A DNA stretch of 64,000 nt from Eutreptiella sp. 'Long Island Sound 2002' (Eukaryota; Protista; Euglenida). The notes below the pieces were generated by a model. That model was given only the letters and a program-made list of their open reading frames with translations. It was not told the DNA's origin and ran no database searches. The stretch is from the NCBI GenBank assembly GCA_964036045.1, contig OZ038378.1:139252001-139316000 (forward strand). Reading direction: 5' to 3'. Position numbers and translations under genes: made by a program. Shown in pieces: positions 53,500 through 64,000 of the stretch (its first letter is position 1; every line of letters starts with the position of its first letter).

Positions 53500-56400
53500 G
53501 TACCAAGTCGCTGACAGGTCTGTCAGCTAGCATTCGGAGTGCACTATGCCAGTTGTGTGTCTTTTTATTGGTTAATGTTTTCCTGTTGTACCATGCAGGA
53601 TCCAACGACATCTGGATGATCCCACTACTAGGGACGCGCTTGCACGCGCTTAAACACAGGGAGGGTGGCGCATAGTATGACATAGTACAGGACCAGGACA
53701 GCCTGCATAACGTCTGCGGTGGCCGCAGAGTAGTGATGGCAGTATTCAGGGCGGTCATGGTACGCTTTTAAAAGGATCCGGAGCCAGAAGGCGTAGCATA
53801 CAACGACAAAACATAGTGTGTTTTTGTCTAGTGTGACGGCTCTATGCTGGGGGTGTGCGGCGCAAAAATCGCGAACATCCCGCGCGGAGGGCAGGTTTTT
53901 CCTAGAACGGTCCCGTGCGTCTGCCGACAAGAAGCGGTGAACATGTGCCGAAAAACTTTTGAAGGGGAACGGGCGTGTCTTGGGTATTTTCCTGCAAACG
54001 GCACGCAGGTTGTGTCGCGCGCGGGTGTGTATCAGGACCGAGCCTGGCTGGGTGTATGCGTTGGCGCAAGTGGTGAGTAGCGGGGTGTGTTGGGCTCCAA
54101 ACACTGCACGCATCTGGCCGGGGTGAAAGAGAAGTTGGCGTTGGCATGAACGTGAGTCCCGGGGGGGGCCATGGCATCCACAACATGCCTCATCACGTAG
54201 GATGGTGGACATGTCGGAGATAGAGTGAGGGATGTGAGACTCGATCAAAACGCGTCCCAACTTGCATACGGGGCTGGGCACAACGCGCAGGATGACAACC
54301 AAGTACTCCTGAATTAGACGGGGTAACCGAGTCCTCTTCAAGAACGTGCGGAAAGCATACCGGACCTGTCGACACACCCGCTTGCTTTGTGTGGGTAAGG
54401 GGAGGGGCAGTGTGGGTGGTAGACTCACACCAATGTGGCGTCGGACGTATGGGATGAGCTTCTGTTGCAGGGGTACAAGGTCTGGACGGGGTAGGGTTTT
54501 GCATGCTGCAGTGAGGATGCGCACGGCATCCCCTGGGTGGATGGTTAGTCGTTTCAGCGTAGGCAGGCGGTGCCAACGTTCAGGGTTCGTGATCTCAGAG
54601 TTGGCCAACTTCCGTAACATGTCCCCTCGCACAAGGAACCGATAGTAATTCTTCTTCCTCATCTTACGATCATTGAGGTTAGGCACTTCATGCCGGATAA
54701 AATGGCTTTCTAGTGCATCGAGGGCATATCGTGTGGACTTTCGTACAGGGATAACGACAAAGTTCTCTGGGCCCAGTAGGTGCATCACGTGCAACAGTGT
54801 GGGTCCCTTCGTGTTACCTCGGTAAAGCTTGCGCCATGAGCGCGCTGAGGCCATTTCGCCCTGAAAGCGTTGTATGATACACTTGGCATTGCCGATGGCG
54901 CCCGTTTGGCCCCAATAGATACGTCCATCGAGGGGGTTCCAGATAGCATAGAGCCACTGGCCTTCCTCCTGCAGTGCATGCGCATACCGCCAGTCAACGA
55001 GGGTACATAGGCGGCGGAGCCACTTTTGCGGTGCAAAGGGGAGTACCCGGTTGCATCGATGGTAGGAGGCAACCAAGTCGGGCCACGACAGCGTGCTCCG
55101 TGCCAGCATGGCGCGGCGCACATGCATCTCGTGGTTCCAGGTGTCCCACTGGTGTTTGCCATTGCAGTGTGCAGTAAGTGTGATGTTGGGGAGGGGGTGG
55201 TCAGTCCGAAACAGTCGCGCATGCTCATACATGTCGGGGACGTGTGTCAAGCTGAGATGACGAGGCAAGGTCACGGGGAGCATATGCATCTTCGTCAGGG
55301 TGGGGTGTAGGTGTGCGGTGCAAAGAGCTTGGTTCATAGGCCACGTGTCCACGGCAGTGGCGTTTTGTACGACAACGAGCATCATCTAATGGGGAGAAGA
55401 GCGTGGTTGCCCGTGACCAACAATGGTATGTGTGAGGGGTAGGGCATGTAATTCCGCCCATGTGTGGTACCGGATCGTGGAAAGGAAGAAAACAACACGG
55501 ATGGGCATTGCCGCGCCGAAAAACACGGCATCCCGCAGGGTGGGGAGGAAAGCTTGCAACTCGGGTGGGTCATCCCAGTCATGGGGCGCATAGACGCCGG
55601 AGATGTACCCATATTCATTAAGCAACGTGCAGCAGTTGCTAGTCACGAAGTGATTGCGTTGGCCAAAGTAGGCGTGTATAGGCATGGGAGATCGGTAAAG
55701 CAGAGGAACATGCAGATCCATGGTGCAACCAAAAGTCAGGCGGAGCCCCTGCATGAGCTTGGCGCGGTGCCGCGGCAGAAACTGCGGTGGGGTGGCACGA
55801 TGTGCAGATTTGTGCAGGGGTGTGCGTGCTGTGAGAGTGTGTGCCAGAGTGTATGTAGATTCATCGAAACAGCGGTACAAAGTACGAAGAAAATGAATGC
55901 AATCCAAGTGGGTAACGTTAGCCCACTGTGATTTCCGTAGTCGGAGCATGAAGCGTTCCCAAAACGGTCGCAAAAAAGGGTAACGGTACAATGTTCGCGC
56001 CCAATGAGGTATAAACGGTGTATGGTTTGGGAATTCAGAACCCAGTTCGAAGGGTCGGTGAGAGGCTTGGGGTACCCCGCGGCGCATCTCGCGGAGACAA
56101 TCTTCGAGATTCCGAACTTGACGTTGTAACTCGCTCCGCAAGCAGGCTATTTCAGAGTACAACTCCATACCAGCCACGCGGAGCAGTGGGTTTTTCGATT
56201 GCAGCTGGTGTAGCGTGTCCTGCAGCGTGGACGTGGCGTCGGGTACAGACAGGGGAAAGTAGGCGCACCAGAATGGGCATGACCAATGGCAGCGTGGAAC
56301 ATGCCACAGGTGTAGAAATTCGCGCTGAGAATGCGTAAGATGCAACGAATCGTGGTTGATGCGTGTACACGCGCAACCGCATCGAAGATCAAGCAGCGAA

Positions 56401-57653
56401 GTATGTGGGCAGAGGCCTTCAGCCCGCCGTGCCTATTTTGCAAGGGCCTGTAGACCAGCTTGGTATCTTGTGGCGTCATCAGGGAGAAAGAGGCAGTTGG
56501 TAGTGATAGTAGTAGCAAACTCTGGATGCAAAGTGCCCTTGGTGTCCAAGGGAGTAATGCGGATAAGTTGTTGTCCATCAGGGCCAGCCGTAACGGCGTC
56601 CGCAACGTTCACAACAGTGATAGCGTGGCTTTCTCTGTTCACAACGCAGCATTTCACGGGGAAGGCGATAGCATTCCCGATGGCCGGACAGGCTAGCTCA
56701 TCCGGTCTAGGGAGAAAGGAATCAGGATGACCTGCAGCAGCAAAACGTTTTGCTGGTGGTGTCTCCATGTCAGCGCGTTCTGAACGGTCTTGGTCTCGTG
56801 CAGCGGCAAGCTGCTTGACAATGTCACTAGCCATGTTATCCATACGGCTGCCAAGGCCGTCAATTTTTCCATTTAGCGCTTGAATATTGCCTTCAATAGC
56901 TTGGAAACGGGCCTCGGTAGCGTCTGGCGTGTCAGTCATAGGTACATCTCCAGGGATTGACGGTGAGTCGGAAAGCTGCGGAGATGCTGGTGGTTTGCTA
57001 GGAGTGGTCGGTGCAGGCGCCAACGTAAGACCAGCAGGTTGCAGATTCAGACCACTAATGACGGCGGACGGCGCATCGACAATGTACTCCACGGTGATAG
57101 GTTTATCACCATCACGCAGCGTCTTAAATCGATCAAACGTGGCACGTTGGGCATCTGCGTCAGCAAGACCAAAGACCAGGACACGTCCTTCCTGATACAC
57201 TCGTGTAAGGCCAGTAACGTTAGTGCGTACCCAGTCTATATCTGTCTTGGTGGTGTCACGTGGAAACGTAAGCTTGATACCATGAGGACAGTTGAGAAGC
57301 CGAATTCGATTGGCAGATTCAGGCATACATTCAGCGATGAGTTCACGGATATCCATGTGCCATGTCGGTGGTGGGGGCGATCCTGAGGGTGGTGGGGGAG
57401 GTGTCATAGACAGGGTACCGTTGCCAGGCGGCGCACGGCTGCGTTTGCGGCAATCTTGGGGCTCATGAGCGCCCCAGGCTTCATGGTAGGGACACCAAAT
57501 CTTCGGCTTACCGCTATCCCATTGTCCAGCGTGGCCAGAAAGTGACGGTGCAGGAGCAGAGGGCTGATGTGGTGATCCCTGAGTAGACTTCGTGGGGCAC
57601 TGGTATGACATGTGGCCGTAGCCGTGGCAGCGATGGCATTGGACGGTAGACAT
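53500..57653 (-). pseudogene. Penelope-like polyprotein 5' part: CCHC and CHHC knuckles, RRM-like, coiled coil, MTase-like, GIY-YIG, linker, DK motif
   Basis: Track ORFs 56433-57653, 55386-56345 and 53628-55385 share one frame, separated only by TAG. Motifs: CHRCHGYGHMSYQC, WCPYHEAWGAHEPQDC, LYAIWNPLDGRIYWGQT...QRF...LESHFIRHEVPNLN, AVTLDKNTLCFVVVC. Confidence 0.8.
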
Positions 57654-57726
57654 GGTTGTGTCACAGCTCGAGAATTAACAACAAAAGTAATGGGGCCGGA
57701 GTCAAGGTCCTGTTTGTTGTCGATGA

Positions 57727-58593
57727 ATTCTAGCGAAGCTAGGCGGCGTGAGCAAACGAAGACACAGAAGAAAGCACTCTTCAGATGGCCATGAACCTGC
57801 ATGCGAGCGTTGTGCGCAAATACAAGTGACAGTGTCTCTTGACGTTGCATTACTCAACAGAACACACATGGTCCCGATTTTCGTGACATTCCTTCATTAT
57901 CCAAGTACTAGCAGGTCGCGGACAGTTTTGCACACAATCAGATCAACATAGGAAAGAGCATGTTGCCTATCATAGTGGAAAAGGACGCCGTAAACAGCGC
58001 AAATGATCAAACAAGCACTATTAAAGAAAAAGAGACCAGAAAATAGAATTTTCATTGACAGAAACAGAAGAGCATTTCTCAAATCAACTTTGGAACAGGC
58101 AACTTCGGGATCTGCGGCTTTTTTCTGGCGCAACTGGTCGCATGCGCGACACAGTCACATAGTCCTGTTCAGCGCCCCCGGGGGGTCGGGGGCCTGAGAC
58201 CTGCGTCTAGTGGGGAGGACCAGATCCAGGTTTATGTGCTGCAGCTCCCGTGGTGGGACTCGGGGGCGTTTCTTGGAGGGGGGTGGGGGCAGGGGCAGGT
58301 ACAGGATCATGGGGTGACATGGCACATGGGCGGAGGCGTACTGGCTGACGATGTGGAGGAGCTCACAGGGTACACTGCGATGCAGGGCGTGAATGGAGGC
58401 GAGTACTGTGTGGTATGAGATGACAGAAAATACCCGGCGGGCAAGGGTGGAGAGGCGCCAGTACAGGGGGGCAAGGTGAGGCAGGCTGGGGTCATCCTGG
58501 GACAGGCGCTGATGTCCAGGGAGGGCGTCCGCGCCACACAGTAATGCAAAGCGACAGGTGAGCGCAAGGCGTTGCGCCGGGAGGGGGTTCAGG
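57727..58593 (-). repeat. 867-bp terminal repeat (pseudo-LTR), copy 2
   Basis: Reverse complement of 52633-53499, located directly upstream of the CCHC ORF in its sense orientation. Confidence 0.95.
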
Positions 58594-61500
58594 GGGTTCA
58601 TGCGGACTTTGCTGATGGTGTGGTTAATGGCATTGTCCTGCCCTGCGATGATCTCCCAGATATGCAGTAGACACTCCGTTTTCCGTCAATTCGCAACTCA
58701 CTGTCACCATCCATGAGGGTAGTGTCTGCTTCTTCTTCAATTTATGCGCTGCCCACACTCACATAGCCCGTGCCGGGGGCCGCTTTGCAATGACGAAGGG
58801 ACTATTGTCTGCACATCATGATATCGGGGTTCTGCAAAAAGTAGGAGGCAAAGCTCATTCCGCCGACGAAATTCCAATCATAAACCCCCCCTATGGCACA
58901 CGTGTACAGCAGTGTTCGGCGGGAGACAACACAGGGCATGTTAGTACCTTTATCCATCAAGTGCGGCCTCCAGCGGTGACCGCGGGGGATCGTCGTGTAG
59001 TGACTCCAACCGTGCCTCTACATTGTCGTTGTCCATTTGCCGTGTGTGTCTAACCTTGGCTGTCCAGTCCCATTCGAGCTTCAAAATGTGGATCTTCCGT
59101 CGCAGTGGGTCAATGTACTTATCTTTGTCCACGGCTTCACATACGTGAGACACCTTGCCCTTTTTGGATAACTGCTTGCCTGCTGGGAGAGCGTGTGTAA
59201 GAGAACTCACCTTGTCATATTCCGTTTCCTCCGGGTTAACAACAACACCCGCCGGTGGGGGTGCAACCTCATTACTATCAGTCATGGGGGTCAGCCAAAA
59301 TGCGCTAAACAGAAGAAATGCACGACGAAACAGTATAAGAAAATGGAATAGCAGCAATAATAGGGTAGAGCCAAAGGAGTTCTTCAAAAAAGAATGAGCT
59401 ATGGCTCATTCCCGGATGGATTAGCGATTATCATGGGGGACCGCTGACAATTCATGACGGTACCATGGAATGTTCCTCCTCGAGCATAACATAGTTACCA
59501 ACCTCTATCAAATGTGACGAGTGGACGGACAGTAGGTCCAGACCCACATCAGCGGACAGTACATCATCCCCAACCAACAGATGCTTCAGCATGACATGCA
59601 TTGTCACAAAGCACGACTGCACGCAATGGATTGAGAGCCCCTAGTCTAAAGGCAGGGGGGGGGGGATTCCCACCACCACCCGGCTGTTGTGGCTTGTTTT
59701 GCGATTGACCTGAAGCTGGTTGTTTACCCTTGGGTCGTATGTCAGCAGGAACGGATTTGCGAAAGACCTCTATCAAACGAGCACGCAACCGTGCCCGATC
59801 CGCGGCGTATTTGGAAAAATCTGTGTTCAAAGAACTCACACTATTATCTGAAAACTTCATTGACCCACTGACAGTATACTAGGTACGCGTTAGCATGTTG
59901 GTGTACACGGTACAGGGAAAGGCAGTACTGAGGGCCATAGGGTAGGCAAAATCTGCTGGCCATTTAGCACTATTGGTCATTGTCTTATCGCGGCACCAAT
60001 TGACACCTCCAAAGGTATCCGTCAACAAACGTCCCACAACCTGATGTACATTTCAATCAACATATTCATGCAAGCCCCGCTGAATGTGACCATCATGCAA
60101 ATTTTTCTCGTCAGAACGGGCAGCTTTCAAAACGAGCCACAAATCACATGCAGTGTCCAACGACTTGCATTGTGGATTGGCGCGCATGGTAGCAACAAGC
60201 CTTGCCAACAATGCCTCACATGTTTCCTCAAAGTGACATCGCCCATGTCAGTTGTCATACCACTTGTCCCAAACCAGCAGGGTAGTTCCTAGTGTCCGCA
60301 GGTACTGAAGGTTGTACCGTAACTCATACAGTAGATGTGCTAGAGTTACATAGCAATATCGTAACACGTTGTGAGCAAGCTGTCCCGAACAGGCAGACAA
60401 GCCGCACTCACGGACCAGGTGCCCAATGAGGAATAGTGCCGGTGTCTATTCAAAAAGGAGGCTATACACAGTGTGTGCGTCACCCAGTAGCCGACCGGCA
60501 CTCGAGGATACCAACATAGGGAGGTGAAACCTACCACACAGCAACCCGACCTTCTGATGTATCCGGATCTTGTATTTGGCGGCAGAAACAAACAAACATG
60601 CGAACATATGCCCCATAACGATTACATTGGGGAATGCATACACCGGGACATCGGCTACACTGAATACCATAGCTAAATGCCACAAGCAATGGGGGAAAAA
60701 TGCGGTATGTCACAGTAACGGTGTACTTACATGGGTGCCATATCCCGTACACCGGGGGGATTCGACAAAGCTTGTGACCCACATTGTACTCATGGCAGGA
60801 GACACCTTATATCATCTTCATGATACTGTAGTGTATCTTTTCATCGATGAGTATGGGGAGCACACGGGACACGTGGTCCTGTATTTCAGACACACGAATA
60901 CTAGTCCAAGCAAATTTGACTGATTTATAGACTGAAAGCATGAAGGGATGCCATTGGGTGTTGTGCACTGCCGCCCGTCGAACATCCAACAGACAATGGG
61001 GGGGGGGTTTCTCGTCTTCTATATGGTCAGACAGTGCTGACATGAAGACCGAGTGTGTGGTAGTCAACAACTTGCCCAGGTGGGCAGTGGAAGCTTGCAC
61101 TGCCGCAAGGGATGGAAAACCCCACAAAAACTCAATTGCCTTGCCAACAGGACCTACAGCAATGGCCGAACATTTCACTTATGTGTTTGACTCATGTCGG
61201 GTGGGGTGGAAACGGCGGCGATAGAAGTTATCATACCATAAAAAAATATAGCGCCTTTCATACAGCCAACAAAGCTGCGGCACAGCCATGTGCCCTAGTT
61301 GCAAGAAAAGGTGCACATGGGGCACATAAACCACAGTGTGCCGGCTTGCATACAACGCTCCGAGTGGGAGCAACCTCCTCTTCTTGACGAAACATGTTAG
61401 CACGAGGACGACAATGTAACAATATCGGACAGTACAAATTATACGCCTTGTAACTACGAAGCCAAGAGACATTCGCCAACTTGCTTCGGAATGCAGCCAA

Positions 61501-61661
61501 ATCATGGCGGGTGTCTATTATGTTGTTACACTGGCTACCTAGGGATTTTTTCCTCCTTTTTGGTGTAAATGGAAACTTCTTACCCTGAAAAAACCCGGGT
61601 TTCATGCCCCTCTCGTGCTGAAAACACTCCTACACGGTACAAAAGTCCCAAAGTTGGCTTC

Positions 61662-62638
61662 CCGGGCCTAGGCTCGCGCAAATTCACAAGTTGGCGCGCA
61701 AATTCACAAGTTGGCGTGCCAAGTCCGGACTTGGCGCGCGCCAACTGGGAAGTTGGCGCGCGCCAAGTCCGGACTTGGCGCGCCAACTTGCGACTTGGCG
61801 CGCGCCAAATGTCCCCCCACCGATCAAACCATCGACTTGCATACCTGGATCCACCCACACCTGGATCGACTGGATCCACCCACAGCCACTGCTCCTCGGG
61901 GTCGAGACCCTGAGGCGGCATCTCCTGCAGGTCGAGAACGTTAACGAACTCTTTTGACGCTGCAGCAGTGCACAGCTTCAGGGTCTTGTTGAAGGCCTCA
62001 AGGGTGACTTGAGAAAGCTTCAACTCGACCGCGAGCGTCGTGGGGTACCAGCCCATCACGGCACAGCAGAACCTGCTAAGAACCCCCCTGGTCAGGGCGA
62101 AGTTAACACGGGTGGCGTCAATTCGCCAGACCAAGTGGGGATTGCCCGGCTGGTCCCACTTGCCGAAGAGGGCGGCCTCCAGGGGTTCGCGGAGGGGGGG
62201 GAGCTGGGGGAAGGATTCGGCGTCCGGGGAGGTGAGGGTGTAGGGGATGGGAAAATAGCCCCCGGGGAAGTGCTCGGAGCCCACGTTGGCGATGTGGGCA
62301 TCGACCACCGGCTGCACCTCGGGGTTAGGTGGTGCAGCGGGGGCTGGGGCTGGGGCAGACGTGGGGTCGGTGACTGTCACCTTCTTCCCCTTGCCCTTCT
62401 TGGGTTGCTTTGGAGGCATGATAACGTGAAATGCCTAGAAGGGAAAGGGAATGCATAAAGGGTGCAAAAGAAGAGGAAGAATGGGGCACTTGGCGCGCGC
62501 CAACACCGGAGTTGGCGCGCGCCAACTCAAGAGTTGGCGCGCCAAGTTGGCGCGCCAACTTGGCAGTTGGCGCGCCAACTCTTGAGTTGGCGCGCGCCAA
62601 CTGCCAAGTTGGCGCGCCAACTTTGACTTGGCTTCCAA
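61662..62638. mobile_element. 977-bp insertion with TTGGCGCGCCAA palindromic arrays at both ends and a 12-bp flanking direct repeat
   Basis: AAAGTTGGCTTC at 61650-61661 and 62639-62650. Arrays at ~61670-61810 and 62490-62625. Confidence 0.75.
61810..62419 (-). CDS. Cargo ORF of unknown function inside the palindromic-array insertion
   Basis: Starts MPPKQPKKGKGKK and is intact for ~200 aa before running into the repeat array. Confidence 0.5.
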
Positions 62639-63289
62639 AAAGTTGGCTTCGACCCAAAAAACCCACATATTGCATCATAACAACAAAGCAACGCAACCAA
62701 AAGCTGTAAAATATCAATAGTTCCTCACGTTTCATGCACAAGGCGTAGCAACAACACAGTGCACAAGTACAAGCAAGTTGAATGCTCTCGACATGGAGTT
62801 GACCAGGAGTTGGCGAATGTACAGTATCTGGGGTTGGCTTCGTAGTTACACTCTTGAGCTGCTGGACCAAACCACCTAGCTGCTCGCTGGCCGCTGCGCA
62901 GCAACTTAAGTTGCTTAAGAAACATCTTCAGTGCACGGCGGGGATTTCTGTTGAAACGAAGTGACAAAGCAAAGGAAAGAAACTTGGCCGGATGACCCGA
63001 GAACTAACAGCGTCGAGAAATTCATCCTTGGTGTAGTAAACACAACAGTGTATAACTTCCTTGCACGTCGACTGGTGCTTGGTTCCCGGGATTGTAGGAC
63101 GAAGTTGGAGAGACACGCAAGATCCTCAGCCCAACACGACAACAAAACAGGGGACACAATGCCGTTGGCGTTTCTGTGCAAAGAAGGGTGCGAGTGTAGC
63201 GACAACAAGTTGGTACTGGGCAGCTCAGGGCCCCCCTGGGACCATGCAGTGTACGTTACACTCCCACTCACACTGGCTTTTGTTTGCGC

Positions 63290-64000
63290 CTGATTTTTGC
63301 CTACATTGTCGGACCTTCGTTCACTGCCGGCTGGGGTGAGGTCATCGCGAGCTTGATGCCCGCACGCGCAGGGCCCTGCAGATCAAGGGAAGAGGCCTTG
63401 CGTAGTAAACTGTGTTTCCACCAGTTTATTGGGTAGCCTTTAGCGAGGAAGGTACGTGCAATGGTGCCGATGTTATGTGCAAACTGAGTCCCTGTTGCAG
63501 GCAGGCGGTAATGGGCTGCCTTTTTTACCAAATTGGGGACCAGTGAGCGGAGCATGCGTGCATGGTGTATTCGGGCTGAACACATCTAGTAATTTTGCTG
63601 GGGAAGTTGGGGAGGACATGCCTGCATACCCACTGAAAACTGGTTGCTTCAATGACACACCTGGGATTCCTTCACTGATGGAGAGTGTGCATTCCAGGAA
63701 GTCAAGTGACTGCCCTGCTCCCTCTACAGTTAGTTCCATACCAGAAATTTCAGACAGGACTTGCTGGACACGTTCTATATTATATCCTCTGACACTGTCC
63801 GGCGAATCAGGAATCACAAGAAAGTTATCCCGGTAGCGCAACACCGGCGGGAAGTCAGGGTGCAATGTACGGAGTTTAGTTTCCAATAGGAGCAGGGTGA
63901 GGCATGCCACTTGGGCCGAGCAGCTCCCGCCAATCGGTGTACCAGTCGTTTGGGCCAGCACAGAGGAAAAATGCGAGAAGCGGTCGTTGAAAGAGGTGTC
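63290..64000 (-). mobile_element. Second Penelope-like RT, 3' part (cut by window edge)
   Basis: QTTGTPIGGSCSAQVACL, VLRYRDNFLV, SLDFLECTL and FLAKGYPINWW, with one frameshift. Confidence 0.85.

Larger units (their letters stand above)
51247..58598. mobile_element. Penelope-like retroelement (N-terminal GIY-YIG type) with an inverted 3' half
   Basis: RT on the plus strand, 5' polyprotein on the minus strand, 867-bp inverted repeat pair, and CATGC at both outer junctions (51247-51251 and 58599-58603). Confidence 0.85.
58599..63280 (-). mobile_element. N-terminal and catalytic part of unassigned DDE-like element (copy 2), interrupted at 61662-62638
   Basis: IFLWYDNFYRRRF, LPILIDEKIHYSIMK, PVYGIWHPCKY, LLFExTPALFLIGHLVREC and GRCHFEETCEALLARLV. 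Homologous to ORF 28534-29325. Outer boundaries are approximate. Confidence 0.65.

Noticed and set aside
11718-57653. UAG reassigned to a sense codon
   Set aside because: TAG is rare relative to CAG/CAA in the long frames and absent from the host exons. Copy-to-copy changes also include CAG-to-CAA and CTG-to-TTG, so mutation explains it better. Programmed readthrough at 56433 alone is not excluded.
59505-59560. Hammerhead ribozyme (TGACGAG-TGGAC...GTCCA)
   Set aside because: The CUGANGA core lacks its C and no GAAA follows stem II. No complete hammerhead was found in the 867-bp repeats either (CTGAAGAG near 53441 has no partner GAAA).
60250-61600. KDZ/Zisupton transposase
   Set aside because: The apparent PNVIV..AC and GRFH matches were coincidental. 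The region aligns instead with ORF 28534-29325 and lacks the KDZ motif series.

Overview
Eukaryotic, repeat-dense DNA with GT-AG introns, microsatellites and long G/C runs. It looks like a protist, possibly a euglenoid, but the taxon cannot be established from this window. Only two host genes are recognisable: a 3-exon HTATIP2/TIP30-like SDR gene (42008-44664, minus) and the first coding exon of a divergent actin (23458-24012, minus). The rest is nested, partly decayed mobile DNA. (1) A 5.2-kb two-gene, intron-containing DNA transposon with a RAG1/Transib-like DDE transposase and 39-bp imperfect TIRs (6235-11465) sits inside the APE endonuclease of a LINE that has a giant (~2300-codon) upstream reading frame. 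The LINE/transposon junction was then tandemly amplified with a period of ~3.77 kb. (2) A 7.35-kb Penelope-like element (51247-58598) reconstructs as one polyprotein: CCHC knuckle, RRM-like, coiled coil, N6-MTase-like, GIY-YIG, RT with an RDN catalytic motif. It has 867-bp terminal repeats and a flipped 3' half. (3) There are two copies of an unassigned DDE-like transposon family, one of which hosts the Penelope-like element. (4) Several small elements carry coding fragments between palindromic repeat arrays. Across these elements, C-to-T changes cluster at CAG/CTG and in-frame stops are mostly TAG, which suggests CWG-context methylation or a RIP-like process. All family assignments come from motifs read by eye; no database search was run.
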